DNA of 64,000 nucleotides, from NCBI GenBank assembly GCA_964595285.1, contig CAZQPS010000016.1, positions 3,612 to 67,611 on the forward strand, in the 5' to 3' direction. Both the position numbers and the translations under genes were made by a program. The DNA is from an uncultured Dehalococcoidia bacterium. GTDB lineage: Bacteria > Chloroflexota > Dehalococcoidia > Lucifugimonadales > JADFKI01. The notes under the pieces are model-generated. The model was not told where the DNA came from. It made no database searches and was given only the letters and a program-made list of their open reading frames with translations. This document shows, one piece after another, positions 37,889 through 47,315 of this stretch. Position 1 is the first letter of the stretch. Every line of letters begins with the position of its first letter.

Positions 37889-38806
37889 TTAATATCCAAC
37901 CCCACATGCATTCAGAACTATTGAATAGAAGGAATGATCACCTGCTATGTAGAGGCGATTTCCATGAGGTCCTCCGAAGCAACAGTTGGCGGTTCGCTGT
38001 TCTGGTACAAGTATCTTTCCCAATAGTTCGGCTTCAGGACTATATACCTGTATTCCGTCCCAGGCACTTGTGAAAATATTTCCATTGTTATCGCATCTAA
38101 AACCATCAGCTTTGCCTGGTTTAACGATGGCAAATTCTCTTGGATTAACTAAATGCTTTCCGTCTATTACGTCATAGGCAACAATATTTCCAGGTTCTCC
38201 AGTATCTGCTACATACAAGATTTTTTCGTCGGGAGAAAAGGCGAGTCCGTTTGGCCTATCCATATCACTGCATGCTATTTCTATTTCCCCGCTGGATGGC
38301 TGGAATTGGAAAACGTAATTAGCTCCGAGTTCGCTATCTCCTTTATGACCTTCGCGATCACTAAGTATGCCATAGGGGGGGTCCGTGAACCATATGGATC
38401 CGTCGGATTTAACCACTAGATCATTGGGAGAATTTAGCTTTTTCCCCTTATAGTTATCTACGAGATTAGTTACAGTGCCATCTTCCTCTGTGCGACTTAT
38501 TCTTCGTCCACCATGCTCGCAGCTAACGAGGCGTCCCTCAAGATCTATGAAGTGGCCGTTGGTGTATCCACTTGGTTTTCGAAATATTGATACTCCTTCG
38601 GAATCGGACCACTTCATTATTCTATTATTAGGTATGTCACTAACCAGTGCGTAATCCCCTTGGGGAACATAGACTGGTCCCTCTGCCCATTCCATACCGT
38701 CAAAGTGTTTTTCCAGACTTACTCCGTCGACAAGCATTGCACTGAATCGTTCATCGTATATTTCAAAGCCTTCTTTGACTTCTTCTGGTTGTCTGTAAAG
38801 GGTCAT
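37889..38806 (-). CDS. SMP-30/gluconolactonase/LRE-family protein
   Basis: Motifs WAEGPVY, PNDLVVKSDGSIWFTDPPYG, RPNGLAFSPDEKILYVAD and ADGFRCDNNGNIF. Start placed at MTLYRQ (M15 of the track ORF), preceded by GGAGA. Confidence 0.88.
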   Translation of the reverse strand: MTLYRQPEEVKEGFEIYDERFSAMLVDGVSLEKHFDGMEWAEGPVYVPQGDYALVSDIPNNRIMKWSDSEGVSIFRKPSGYTNGHFIDLEGRLVSCEHGGRRISRTEEDGTVTNLVDNYKGKKLNSPNDLVVKSDGSIWFTDPPYGILSDREGHKGDSELGANYVFQFQPSSGEIEIACSDMDRPNGLAFSPDEKILYVADTGEPGNIVAYDVIDGKHLVNPREFAIVKPGKADGFRCDNNGNIFTSAWDGIQVYSPEAELLGKILVPEQRTANCCFGGPHGNRLYIAGDHSFYSIVLNACGVGY

Positions 38807-38956
38807 TTTAGTTAGTCTCCTATATCTCTTGCTCTGCCTGATTAACATAGGCGGTTAATGGTTTTGAGGAACTATAGTGAAGTCATTACAGGCATCACTT
38901 ATACATTTTGCAGTATATCCTATTTGATCAATCTTGGGCTTTTTATAGACAGCGTT

Positions 38957-39679
38957 TCACTCTTCCAGGTTTGCATAAATCCGATCGGCGGACTCAAGAA
39001 ACGCATCCATGTATTCTACCCATTGCTTTTCTTCTTCTATTTCTTTTTTTCGTTCTTCTGGTAAGCAATGGAAGCACTGTTCATAATGAAATGCATGGTA
39101 ATGCTTTTTACATTTGGAGCACAACATTTGCTCCTTCATGTCCCATAGGAAGGCACATTTTTTGCAGAACGTGGCTGTGCCTTTGCCGGATATGTAATGC
39201 TCATATTCTTGCTCGCGAATAGTCTCATACTCGAGTAGTGCTTTTTTATATAAGGGATCGAATACTTCTGAATGGGTGATTGTGAATGTCTCCATTGCAG
39301 GATATAAGACTTCTTCTCTCCATTTTTTGTGCAAATGATGGCTATCAGGAACGTTAACATCAATCATGATTGGAGTTTCAAATGTCCCTTTGCATCTAGG
39401 ACAACGCCATGGAGGTCTAGCAACCTTTCTTAGATTACCATCAGAAACCCGCCCCCTACAGTGGGGACAAGCACGTTTTTTTTGTGTTGGCCTATTGGGT
39501 ATTAATCCCCTTTCTAACATGAGAGGCCAGGCTATTGCCATTTTGCTGGGTGGGGGCGTCCTATTATGTGAGAAATGCTGAATTACTAATGGCCCCTCAG
39601 AAGATCCACACTGTTTGCACTCGTCCGCTAATCGTTCTTCTCTCATCTTTTTCCATTTCTTTGTACGCCAGGGTTTCAT
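38957..39679 (-). CDS. hypothetical cysteine-rich protein with multiple CxxC zinc-ribbon knuckles (HNH-like N-terminal segment?)
   Basis: 240 aa. CxxC pairs: CKQC, CPHC...CPRC, CKKC...CSKC and CFHC, plus an HYHAFH cluster. The N-terminus KKWKKMREERLADECKQCGSSEGPLVIQHFSHN loosely recalls the start of HNH nucleases. Confidence 0.6.
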   Translation of the reverse strand: MKPWRTKKWKKMREERLADECKQCGSSEGPLVIQHFSHNRTPPPSKMAIAWPLMLERGLIPNRPTQKKRACPHCRGRVSDGNLRKVARPPWRCPRCKGTFETPIMIDVNVPDSHHLHKKWREEVLYPAMETFTITHSEVFDPLYKKALLEYETIREQEYEHYISGKGTATFCKKCAFLWDMKEQMLCSKCKKHYHAFHYEQCFHCLPEERKKEIEEEKQWVEYMDAFLESADRIYANLEE

Positions 39680-39746
39680 AAAAAGCTCCTTTTTATAATG
39701 AATAGTTGCCTATGGATTTAGGCGTGCGTATACTATATGTAGGTAT

Positions 39747-39779
39747 ATTGTTAACTTACTAGTAGTTCATTGTTAACTT
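39747..39779. repeat. two perfect 11-bp direct repeats ATTGTTAACTT, 22-bp period (candidate operator)
   Basis: Copies at 39747-39757 and 39769-39779, each containing the GTTAAC palindrome. The second ends 2 nt before the AAGGA ribosome-binding site of the gene starting at 39793. TATACT and TATATT -10-like hexamers lie just upstream. Confidence 0.65.
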
Positions 39780-39792
39780 TAAGGAATCTAAT

Positions 39793-40722
39793 ATGGCAAA
39801 ATACGATCGTATGACAGATACCCAAAAAGAAGACGCCTATGCTTTTCGGCTAGAAGGGCAGAGCTATCGGGAAATTCAAGAGAGTTTGACTGAAAAACAC
39901 GGGTGGTCACCGAGTTATGTCGCTATTAGGAAAAATTTGAAAAAGATCCATTTTGGGGAAGAAGATGAGGAAATTAAGATTTGGGGTGCTGGATGGCCTG
40001 ATGATCCCCATGAGATTCATTACTTGCTGCAACTTATTGCCTTTCAAAGGGGATCTCATCATGATCGAGAGCTGCCAGAGTATATAGACCGCGACTGGTG
40101 GAAGATATTTGGTGAAATGGAAGCTCCCGATACGCCGGTAACAATCGAAGGTACATATGTGTACCCTGCCGTCTTCCGAGATATTGGACCTATGACTGTC
40201 CGTGAGGCTAGATGGGGGAAGCGACTGAGAATTACTCTTGGTCCCCTCGAGGATAATCTGGACCTTGCAAGGCATTGGTATTACATCAGGAAATATGCCC
40301 GCTCGGATAAGACATCGAAACTAACTGGTCGACCAATGTCGACAAAGGACTTAGATTATGATGTTATGAGCCAAAGATGGGTTAATCATAATAAATCTGA
40401 TGTTCGCAGGTTGTATAGCATTCGAGATTTTTGGGAAAAACTAGAAGAATTCAAAGTAAATGACAGTCTTGATGATGCAATACAAATCCTATTAAGCGTA
40501 AGGAATCTATGGGACGCACAGGATCCCGCATATAAAATACACTTCATATCGGCAGAGCGTTGGTTGGAACAAAACCTGGGAGAAGACTGGCGTGATGAGA
40601 TAACAAAATATAATGTTTTAGAACAGTGGGATCCAGTAATGGTGAGTTTTGGAGAATACGCTTTGCAGGAAGAGGACTGGCCCGATGTGGGGCATTTCCA
40701 AAATGGATCTAATAGTTATTAA
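39793..40722 (+). CDS. hypothetical protein with an N-terminal HTH-like segment
   Basis: 309 aa. ATG preceded by AAGGA. The N-terminus TQKEDAYAFRLEGQSYREIQESLTEKHGWSPSYVAIRKNLKK is HTH-like. The rest is Trp-rich and unrecognised. Weak by-eye similarity to 26345-27154. Confidence 0.65.
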   Translation: MAKYDRMTDTQKEDAYAFRLEGQSYREIQESLTEKHGWSPSYVAIRKNLKKIHFGEEDEEIKIWGAGWPDDPHEIHYLLQLIAFQRGSHHDRELPEYIDRDWWKIFGEMEAPDTPVTIEGTYVYPAVFRDIGPMTVREARWGKRLRITLGPLEDNLDLARHWYYIRKYARSDKTSKLTGRPMSTKDLDYDVMSQRWVNHNKSDVRRLYSIRDFWEKLEEFKVNDSLDDAIQILLSVRNLWDAQDPAYKIHFISAERWLEQNLGEDWRDEITKYNVLEQWDPVMVSFGEYALQEEDWPDVGHFQNGSNSY

Positions 40723-40789
40723 AGTGGCAAAACGGGGTATTATGTGTAGCCTAAAAAATAAAAAAGACGTTCCTAACTGGGAGGAGAAG

Positions 40790-41758
40790 ATGGCTGGGCA
40801 ATTTCCGGACGATTCCACTCTGTTAGAAATAGAAGAATATGCCAAAGAAATAGCTAATGCTGCTGGCCAGATTTTGCTGAGGCACTTTTTAAAGCATGAT
40901 GGGCTAGATGTATCGTACAAGGATGATAAAGAACGAGATCCTGTTACAAATGCTGATCACGAAGTTCAAGATTATTTAAGTTCTGCAATAAGAGATCGGT
41001 TTCCAAGTCATGCTGTTTTAGGCGAAGAAGATGAAAAAGATAATGAAGGAGACAAAGAGCTGGCACCTGATTATGTTTGGGTATTAGATCCTCTAGACGG
41101 AACCAAAAATTTTTTATCTGGACTACCTATTTTTGCCTCTTCAATTGCGGTCTTATTCAGAGGTGTACCTGTTGTGGCTGCAGTGTTCTTACCGTGGCCC
41201 GTGGGAAATTCAGGTATTGTAATGCATGCGAGAAGAGGTGGGGGGGCATATATTGATGAAACGAAATTATCGGTTCAAACTCTCGATTCTCCTAAGGCCA
41301 ACCGATTAACGACGTTACCAGGTGGTTTTATGAGATTATTCAACATTAACCGACATATGAGTGGTAGGGTAGGGGAGGTGAGGATGACTGGGAGTATCGT
41401 TTATGAGTTATCGTTGGTGGCGAAAGGCGTAACCCAGTATACTTTCACCACAGCTCCATTTTTGTGGGATGCAGCTGCTGGTGTGTTACTAGTAATGGAG
41501 TCAGGTGGGCAAGTATTGCGCGCTGAGAAATCTCGATTCGTGAAGCTCAGTTTTGTTCCTGGTAGATGGACAACGTTTGGCGGCTTTGTTGATAGATGGG
41601 AAAGTGGTAAAACCACCATGTCGGATCTCAGAAAATGGCGAGGATCTCTTCTTTTGGGACACCCCAACGTAGTAGATTATATCGCTACGAATATGAGTAT
41701 TAAATCTTTACGGCTACGTAAAATACAAAGGTGGGTTATTCGCAAGATGAAGAAGTAG
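40790..41758 (+). CDS. inositol monophosphatase family protein
   Basis: Motifs HAVLGEE, WVLDPLDGTKNF and WDAAAG. Start moved to MAGQFPDD (ATG 40790, preceded by GGGAGGAG). The track's longer ORF would overlap the preceding gene by 74 nt. Confidence 0.88.
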   Translation: MAGQFPDDSTLLEIEEYAKEIANAAGQILLRHFLKHDGLDVSYKDDKERDPVTNADHEVQDYLSSAIRDRFPSHAVLGEEDEKDNEGDKELAPDYVWVLDPLDGTKNFLSGLPIFASSIAVLFRGVPVVAAVFLPWPVGNSGIVMHARRGGGAYIDETKLSVQTLDSPKANRLTTLPGGFMRLFNINRHMSGRVGEVRMTGSIVYELSLVAKGVTQYTFTTAPFLWDAAAGVLLVMESGGQVLRAEKSRFVKLSFVPGRWTTFGGFVDRWESGKTTMSDLRKWRGSLLLGHPNVVDYIATNMSIKSLRLRKIQRWVIRKMKK

Positions 41759-41862
41759 CGAATACGCCAGTGAAAAATACTACCGCCATTTTAGGTAAAT
41801 AATAGTCTGGAAACGACGGCGACGTATGATATCTTCTAAGTAAGTTTATACGGAAGTTTAAG

Positions 41863-44823
41863 ATGCCACTTGATAGCATAATTGTACAAGGTGCCCGTGA
41901 GCACAATCTAAAAAACGTGGACGTGACCATTCCACGTAATAAGCTAGTTGTGATGACAGGTGTGTCGGGTTCAGGTAAAAGCTCCCTGGCATTTGATACC
42001 ATTTATGCGGAGGGGCAGCGGCGCTATGTCGAGTCTCTTTCATCTTATGCTCGTCAATTTCTAGGTAGGATGGATAAGCCTGACGTAGATTATATAGAGG
42101 GTTTGTCACCAGCCATATCTATTGACCAGAAAGGGGTGTCTCACAACCCTCGGTCCACTGTGGGTACCGTTACTGAGATATACGACTACTTACGCCTATT
42201 ATTTGCCCGAGTCGGACAGCCGTATTGCTATAAATGTGGTAATGCTGTCAAGCGACAGACGGTACAACAGATAGTTGATAGTGTTTTGGGCCTGCCAGAT
42301 GATTCTCGTATTCAGATTATGGCACCCATGGTGCGCCGAAGAAAAGGGGAACACAAAGAAATATTCTCTCAAGCTCAAAAAGCAGGATTTGTTCGTGTGC
42401 GTGTTAATGGTGATGTCCGTGAATTATCAGAGGAAATTACGCTAAACAAAAACAAATGGCATAGTATTGAAGTGGTTGTAGATAGGTTAATTGTTAGTAA
42501 TCAGACAGATCAGACCCGGTTGGCTGATTCAGTTGAAACTGCTTTACGTTTGGCGAATGGAGTGGTACTAATCAACATCCCTGACGTTGAAGACAGAATT
42601 TTTTCTGAGAATTTTGCTTGTGACATATGCAACATTAGTTTTGGCGAAATAGAGCCTAGGACTTTTAGTTTTAATAATCCGCACGGTGCATGCAGTACTT
42701 GTACTGGGCTAGGCAATAAATTAGAGGTCGACCCAGTACTGGTGGTTCCAGATGGCGCGATTAGCATAGCGGCCGGCGCCGTTCAACCTTGGGCACGTTC
42801 AGGAACTATGAGTCCCTGGTACAGCAGTCAGCTGCAATCTCTGGCATCTGCATTCGGATTTTCCATAGAAGTACCTGTGCAAGACATGGAGGAAGATCAC
42901 TTAAATTTAGTGATGTACGGAACGAAAGGTAAATCGGTTAGGCTTGAGCATCGTACAAGGAGAGGCAGGATTATTAAATGGGATACTTCTTTTGAAGGTG
43001 TTGTGAACAATCTTCAAAGAAGGCATCAGGAAACAGAGTCAGACTATGTTCGGTCTGAAATAGAACGCTACATGTCGTCACGCCCTTGTCAGGCGTGCGA
43101 AGGAGATAGACTTAGACCGGAAGCATTGGCCGTTCGAATTTGCGGTTCAAACATCATGGAGGTTACAGATAAGTCAATCTCCTCTGCCATTAGATGGATA
43201 GAGTCAATCGCAGGCACTGGAGGTAACGGCCTTGGAGTAGCACAACCAAAGAATATGGAGGGTAAACATAATTCAAAGGAGCTTAACAACTCTAACAAGG
43301 GTATTAATTACCCTGATACGTTAACAGAGAGAGAAATGACGATAGCGGATCAAATACTCAAGGAGATCGATGCTAGGCTTAAATTCTTGCTAAATATTGG
43401 TCTCGATTACTTGACCCTCTCGCGAATGGCGTCAACTTTAAGTGGTGGAGAGGCACAGAGGATTCGTCTGGCGACTCAAATTGGCTCTGGTTTGATGGGG
43501 GTGTTATATGTCTGTGATGAGCCTTCTATAGGATTACACCCGGCAGATGATTACAGATTGATTGGTACCTTACAGAGGTTGCGAGACTTAGGGAATACGG
43601 TTCTTATCGTGGAACATGATGAAGCGATTATGAGGTCGGCTGACTGGCTTGTTGATCTGGGCCCTGGAGCGGGCGAACATGGAGGTAATGTTGTTGCCTC
43701 GGGACCTGTGGATAAGGTCATCAAGAACCCTAAATCACTTACAGGTCAATATCTCAGCGGGAAAAAGAAAATAGATATTCCGAGTGTCAGGAGAAAAAAG
43801 AACAAAGGCCACATCAGTATACGAGGAGCGTCTCAGAATAATCTCAAGAATATTGATGTAGATATACCGTTGGGGCAATTGGTATGTATAACTGGAGTAT
43901 CCGGGTCAGGCAAAAGCACATTAATAAACGAGATTCTTTACAAGAAATTGGCTCAGCTTTTCTATAGGGCGAAAGACAGACCCGGGTCATTTGAAGCCAT
44001 TGATGGGGTAGATCAGATTGACAAAGTTGTAAATATTGATCAGTCACCCATAGGTAGAACTCCTAGGAGTAACCCTGCAACATACACTGATACATTCACC
44101 CCTATACGTGAATTATTTTCTTCTGTGCCGGATGCTCGGATGCGGGGCTATAAACCTGGTAGATTTTCATTTAACGTAAAGGGTGGAAGATGCGAAGCTT
44201 GCAGGGGTGATGGGCATATAAATATAGAGATGCAATTTCTGCCTGATGTAACAGTTCCCTGTGAGATATGTGATGGCAGTCGATATAATCGGGAAGCGTT
44301 AGAAATTAGATGGAAAGATAAGACCATTGCAGAAGTGCTGAGCATGACTGTTACGGAGGCACTACCAGTATTTGAAAACATTCCACGTGTAAAGAATCGG
44401 CTTCAAACCATGCAAGATGTGGGGCTTGGATACATACGCTTGGGTCAGCCGGCGACTCAGTTAAGCGGTGGCGAAGCTCAAAGAGTAAAATTGGCAAAGG
44501 AGCTTTCCAAACGTGCAACAGGCAAAACTTTGTATATACTTGATGAGCCGACAACAGGGTTGTCTTTCCAGGATTGCGATAATTTATTGAATGTTTTGCA
44601 CAGATTGGTGGATTCGGGGAATACAGTTGTTTTGATCGAGCATCACTTGGATTTAATCAAGAATGCTGACTGGTTGATAGATTTAGGCCCAGAGGCAGGT
44701 GACAAGGGAGGCGAAGTAATTGCTATTGGAACTCCTGAGGATGTCGCTGAAATGAAACACTCCTACACGGGTCAATATCTAGTTACCACACTTGGCATAA
44801 GTGAGGTCGGAGCGGCGGACTAA
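41863..44823 (+). CDS. uvrA: excinuclease ABC subunit A
   Basis: 986 aa. Two ABC modules ([14 protein letters not shown] and [13 protein letters not shown]), LSGGEAQR signatures twice, and zinc-finger cysteines (CDICN...[10 protein letters not shown]...CEICDG). Confidence 0.97.
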   Translation: MPLDSIIVQGAREHNLKNVDVTIPRNKLVVMTGVSGSGKSSLAFDTIYAEGQRRYVESLSSYARQFLGRMDKPDVDYIEGLSPAISIDQKGVSHNPRSTVGTVTEIYDYLRLLFARVGQPYCYKCGNAVKRQTVQQIVDSVLGLPDDSRIQIMAPMVRRRKGEHKEIFSQAQKAGFVRVRVNGDVRELSEEITLNKNKWHSIEVVVDRLIVSNQTDQTRLADSVETALRLANGVVLINIPDVEDRIFSENFACDICNISFGEIEPRTFSFNNPHGACSTCTGLGNKLEVDPVLVVPDGAISIAAGAVQPWARSGTMSPWYSSQLQSLASAFGFSIEVPVQDMEEDHLNLVMYGTKGKSVRLEHRTRRGRIIKWDTSFEGVVNNLQRRHQETESDYVRSEIERYMSSRPCQACEGDRLRPEALAVRICGSNIMEVTDKSISSAIRWIESIAGTGGNGLGVAQPKNMEGKHNSKELNNSNKGINYPDTLTEREMTIADQILKEIDARLKFLLNIGLDYLTLSRMASTLSGGEAQRIRLATQIGSGLMGVLYVCDEPSIGLHPADDYRLIGTLQRLRDLGNTVLIVEHDEAIMRSADWLVDLGPGAGEHGGNVVASGPVDKVIKNPKSLTGQYLSGKKKIDIPSVRRKKNKGHISIRGASQNNLKNIDVDIPLGQLVCITGVSGSGKSTLINEILYKKLAQLFYRAKDRPGSFEAIDGVDQIDKVVNIDQSPIGRTPRSNPATYTDTFTPIRELFSSVPDARMRGYKPGRFSFNVKGGRCEACRGDGHINIEMQFLPDVTVPCEICDGSRYNREALEIRWKDKTIAEVLSMTVTEALPVFENIPRVKNRLQTMQDVGLGYIRLGQPATQLSGGEAQRVKLAKELSKRATGKTLYILDEPTTGLSFQDCDNLLNVLHRLVDSGNTVVLIEHHLDLIKNADWLIDLGPEAGDKGGEVIAIGTPEDVAEMKHSYTGQYLVTTLGISEVGAAD

Positions 44824-44865
44824 ACTACGGGTATTTTCAATTTCTCAATTGGAAATACAAAGCGA

Positions 44866-45981
44866 CTAAGATGTTAAAGTAGCAGGTAGGTCTTTCTGTG
44901 GCTCAGACATAATTAATTTACGAACAGGATAATTTATTTCTACGCCTTCCTCGTTTAGTCGTTCGTGAATTATTTTCACTAAATCGCTGGTAAGCGTGAA
45001 ACTGCCTAGTCGATCCACTGCTTGTATAAAAACCCAGAAGGTAATGTTGGAATCCCCAAATTCCTCAAATCCTACCCATGGTTCAACATTTTTTATTGCA
45101 TGAGGGGATTCTTTCACTAGTTTTGTTGACGCATCCATTACTATTTTTTCAACTTGTCTTAGATTGGAATCGTAACTAACCCCACAGTAGACCATCACGT
45201 TCATAGCAGGTGTAGGGCTATAGTAATTTGTCACTATACTCTCAGCCATTCGGGAATTAGGTATGATGACAAGATTATTAAACATAGTGCGGATTTTAGT
45301 GCTTCTCCATCCTACCTCAACCACATATCCAGAGGGACCACCAGACAATTCAATATAGTCTCCCATATTGAGTTCGCCTTCTGTGACTACGTAGGTTCCA
45401 GCAAAGAAATTTGCTAGAGTAGGTTGCACCGCTAAGGCAACTGCTATTCCTCCAATGCCCAAGCCAGCCCATATTGGACTAATGGGAATATTTAGTGCCG
45501 ACATTGCCATCAGTGTACCCAGGGAATATACGAATAGAGGTAATAGTCTTCGAAGAGGTGGTAATAGTCTGTCATCAACATGAGTGTCTGTCTTCTCAGC
45601 CATGTTGGTGATGTACCAAGTCAGCAGGGCGTCCAAAATATGATATGCCAAGTAAGAAATCTGTGATATCAGGGTAACGAGCCAGATTTTATTAATCCAT
45701 TCGCTAAAATTGTTCCCTAAATGAACTTGAACCCTATCTAATTCTGTAACAATTAAAATTGCTGAGAATAAACCAGTTAGCACTAAGAAAAGTGAGATAG
45801 GGCCTTTTAGGCAGATTAATATGTTGGCTGAAAGACTTGTTGGATTCGTATTCTGCCATTTTCTAGATATAGAAAGGGTTAGGAAGTTGAATATGCCAGC
45901 CAATAGGAAGAACACTATAACTATACTTGCTGCGGCTACAAATCCCCAGAGATCTGAGGTTGTAATGAAGGTGGGTAACAT
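44866..45981 (-). CDS. mechanosensitive ion channel (MscS family)
   Basis: 371 aa. N-terminal TM helices, then the MscS beta-domain GDYIELSGGPSGYVVEVGWRSTKIRTMFNNLVIIPNS. Confidence 0.88.
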   Translation of the reverse strand: MLPTFITTSDLWGFVAAASIVIVFFLLAGIFNFLTLSISRKWQNTNPTSLSANILICLKGPISLFLVLTGLFSAILIVTELDRVQVHLGNNFSEWINKIWLVTLISQISYLAYHILDALLTWYITNMAEKTDTHVDDRLLPPLRRLLPLFVYSLGTLMAMSALNIPISPIWAGLGIGGIAVALAVQPTLANFFAGTYVVTEGELNMGDYIELSGGPSGYVVEVGWRSTKIRTMFNNLVIIPNSRMAESIVTNYYSPTPAMNVMVYCGVSYDSNLRQVEKIVMDASTKLVKESPHAIKNVEPWVGFEEFGDSNITFWVFIQAVDRLGSFTLTSDLVKIIHERLNEEGVEINYPVRKLIMSEPQKDLPATLTS

Positions 45982-46174
45982 ATTCTATCTCCTTGAAAGG
46001 CGAATATGAAAAAATCTTAACAATATGGTTCTGAAAGGTATTGGTGTTTAATGGACCATCTTTCACTACTTGTGTACGATGTTTGATACTTATTGTCATG
46101 AATCTATTTCTTGACCACCTGGTGAATGCAAATTTATAATGTTGGAAACCCTGTAATTCGGGTTTTAAGGCGAA

Positions 46175-47230
46175 GTGATGACGAAAAACATGGACCTGTC
46201 GAAAATAGAAGAACTACGCAATGAGGCCTCAAATGAATTATCGGCTGTTTCGGCAGCCGATAATCTAGAACTTTGGAGGATTGAATACCTGGGGAGAAGA
46301 GGGCGGTTAACACAGATACTTAGAGGCCTGGGAGATATGCCTCCGGAGCACCGTCGCTCTTTGGGTGCTGAAGCCAATAGGTTAAAAATATTTTTGGAAG
46401 AATCTTTTGATCAAAAGCAATCTGAATTAGATAATTCTAAAAAGATTACAGGCCATGATCAAGGTGTGGATGTAAGCCTCCCTGGGTGGCCTGTCCCTAG
46501 TGGGACTCTCCATCCTACAACGCAAATATCCAGAGAAGTGTGCGAAGTGTTCCAGTCTATGGGATTTACTTCTGTAGAAGGTCCAGAGGTCGAGTTGGAT
46601 CATTATAATTTCGAAATGCTCAATATACCTATAGACCATCCAGCAAGAGATGCATTTAATAGCTTGTGGATAGATCGCACAGATGAACAGGGCGAAATGC
46701 CTTTGTTGTTGAGAACCCATACGTCTCCCATGCAAGCGAGATATATGGAAAATAATAAACCACCGATTCGTATAGTATCCCCGGGGAAGGCATATCGCTA
46801 TGAGTCTACTGATGCGACCCATGAGTGGCAATTTACTCAATTAGAAGGATTGGCAGTGGATAGAGGTGTAACTTTTTCTAATCTTAAAGGAACACTTTTC
46901 GAATTTGCCCGCCAGATTTTTGGTCAAGAACGTCAAGTGAGATTTAGATGTGACTACTTCCCCTTCGTCGAACCGGGTGTTGACATGTCTATAGATTGCT
47001 TTAAGTGTACTGGTTCGGGTTGTAGAATTTGTTCATATACCGGATGGATAGAAATTATGGGGGCCGGAATGGTTCATCCGAGAGTATTGGACGCTGTGGG
47101 ATTAGACACTCATATATATACTGGATTTGCCTTTGGGATGGGCTTGGAAAGAATTGCAATGCTTAAATACGGGATTGATGACATTCGCCTCTTTCATGGA
47201 AACGATCTTCGGTTCTTGAAACAATTTTAA
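46175..47230 (+). CDS. pheS: phenylalanine--tRNA ligase alpha subunit
   Basis: 351 aa. Class II motifs HPARD, LLRTHTSPMQ, GKAYRYESTDATH and GFAFGMGLERIAMLKYGIDDIR. GTG at 46175 is followed directly by ATG at 46178. Confidence 0.96.
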   Translation: MMTKNMDLSKIEELRNEASNELSAVSAADNLELWRIEYLGRRGRLTQILRGLGDMPPEHRRSLGAEANRLKIFLEESFDQKQSELDNSKKITGHDQGVDVSLPGWPVPSGTLHPTTQISREVCEVFQSMGFTSVEGPEVELDHYNFEMLNIPIDHPARDAFNSLWIDRTDEQGEMPLLLRTHTSPMQARYMENNKPPIRIVSPGKAYRYESTDATHEWQFTQLEGLAVDRGVTFSNLKGTLFEFARQIFGQERQVRFRCDYFPFVEPGVDMSIDCFKCTGSGCRICSYTGWIEIMGAGMVHPRVLDAVGLDTHIYTGFAFGMGLERIAMLKYGIDDIRLFHGNDLRFLKQF

Positions 47231-47315
47231 AGGCAAATGTCTTGTCCATCTGTGGTCTCAGTGGGTGTTGTAATTCCGAAAACCGAACTGAAACTTTTTA
47301 ACTGCGGGGGCTCTA

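Noticed and set aside
38858-39222. Plus-strand ORFs 38858-39064 and 38908-39222 at the 3' end of the zinc-ribbon gene.
   Set aside because: They are antisense to the Glu/Lys-rich C-terminus of 38957-39679. Their products are poly-Phe/Leu low-complexity strings with no RBS.
40649-40789. N-terminal extension of the inositol monophosphatase ORF, which overlaps the preceding gene by 74 nt.
   Set aside because: An internal ATG at 40790 has a strong GGGAGGAG Shine-Dalgarno, and the IMPase homology starts only after it. The extension has no family signal.
46146-46166. Hairpin AAACCC-tgtaattc-GGGTTTT just upstream of pheS, considered as an attenuator or T-box terminator.
   Set aside because: The stem is only 6 bp. 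I found no T-box consensus (AGGGTGGNACCGCG-like) in the 193-nt leader. The only upstream mini-ORF (MNLFLDHLVNANL) has a single Phe codon, unlike pheM-type leaders.
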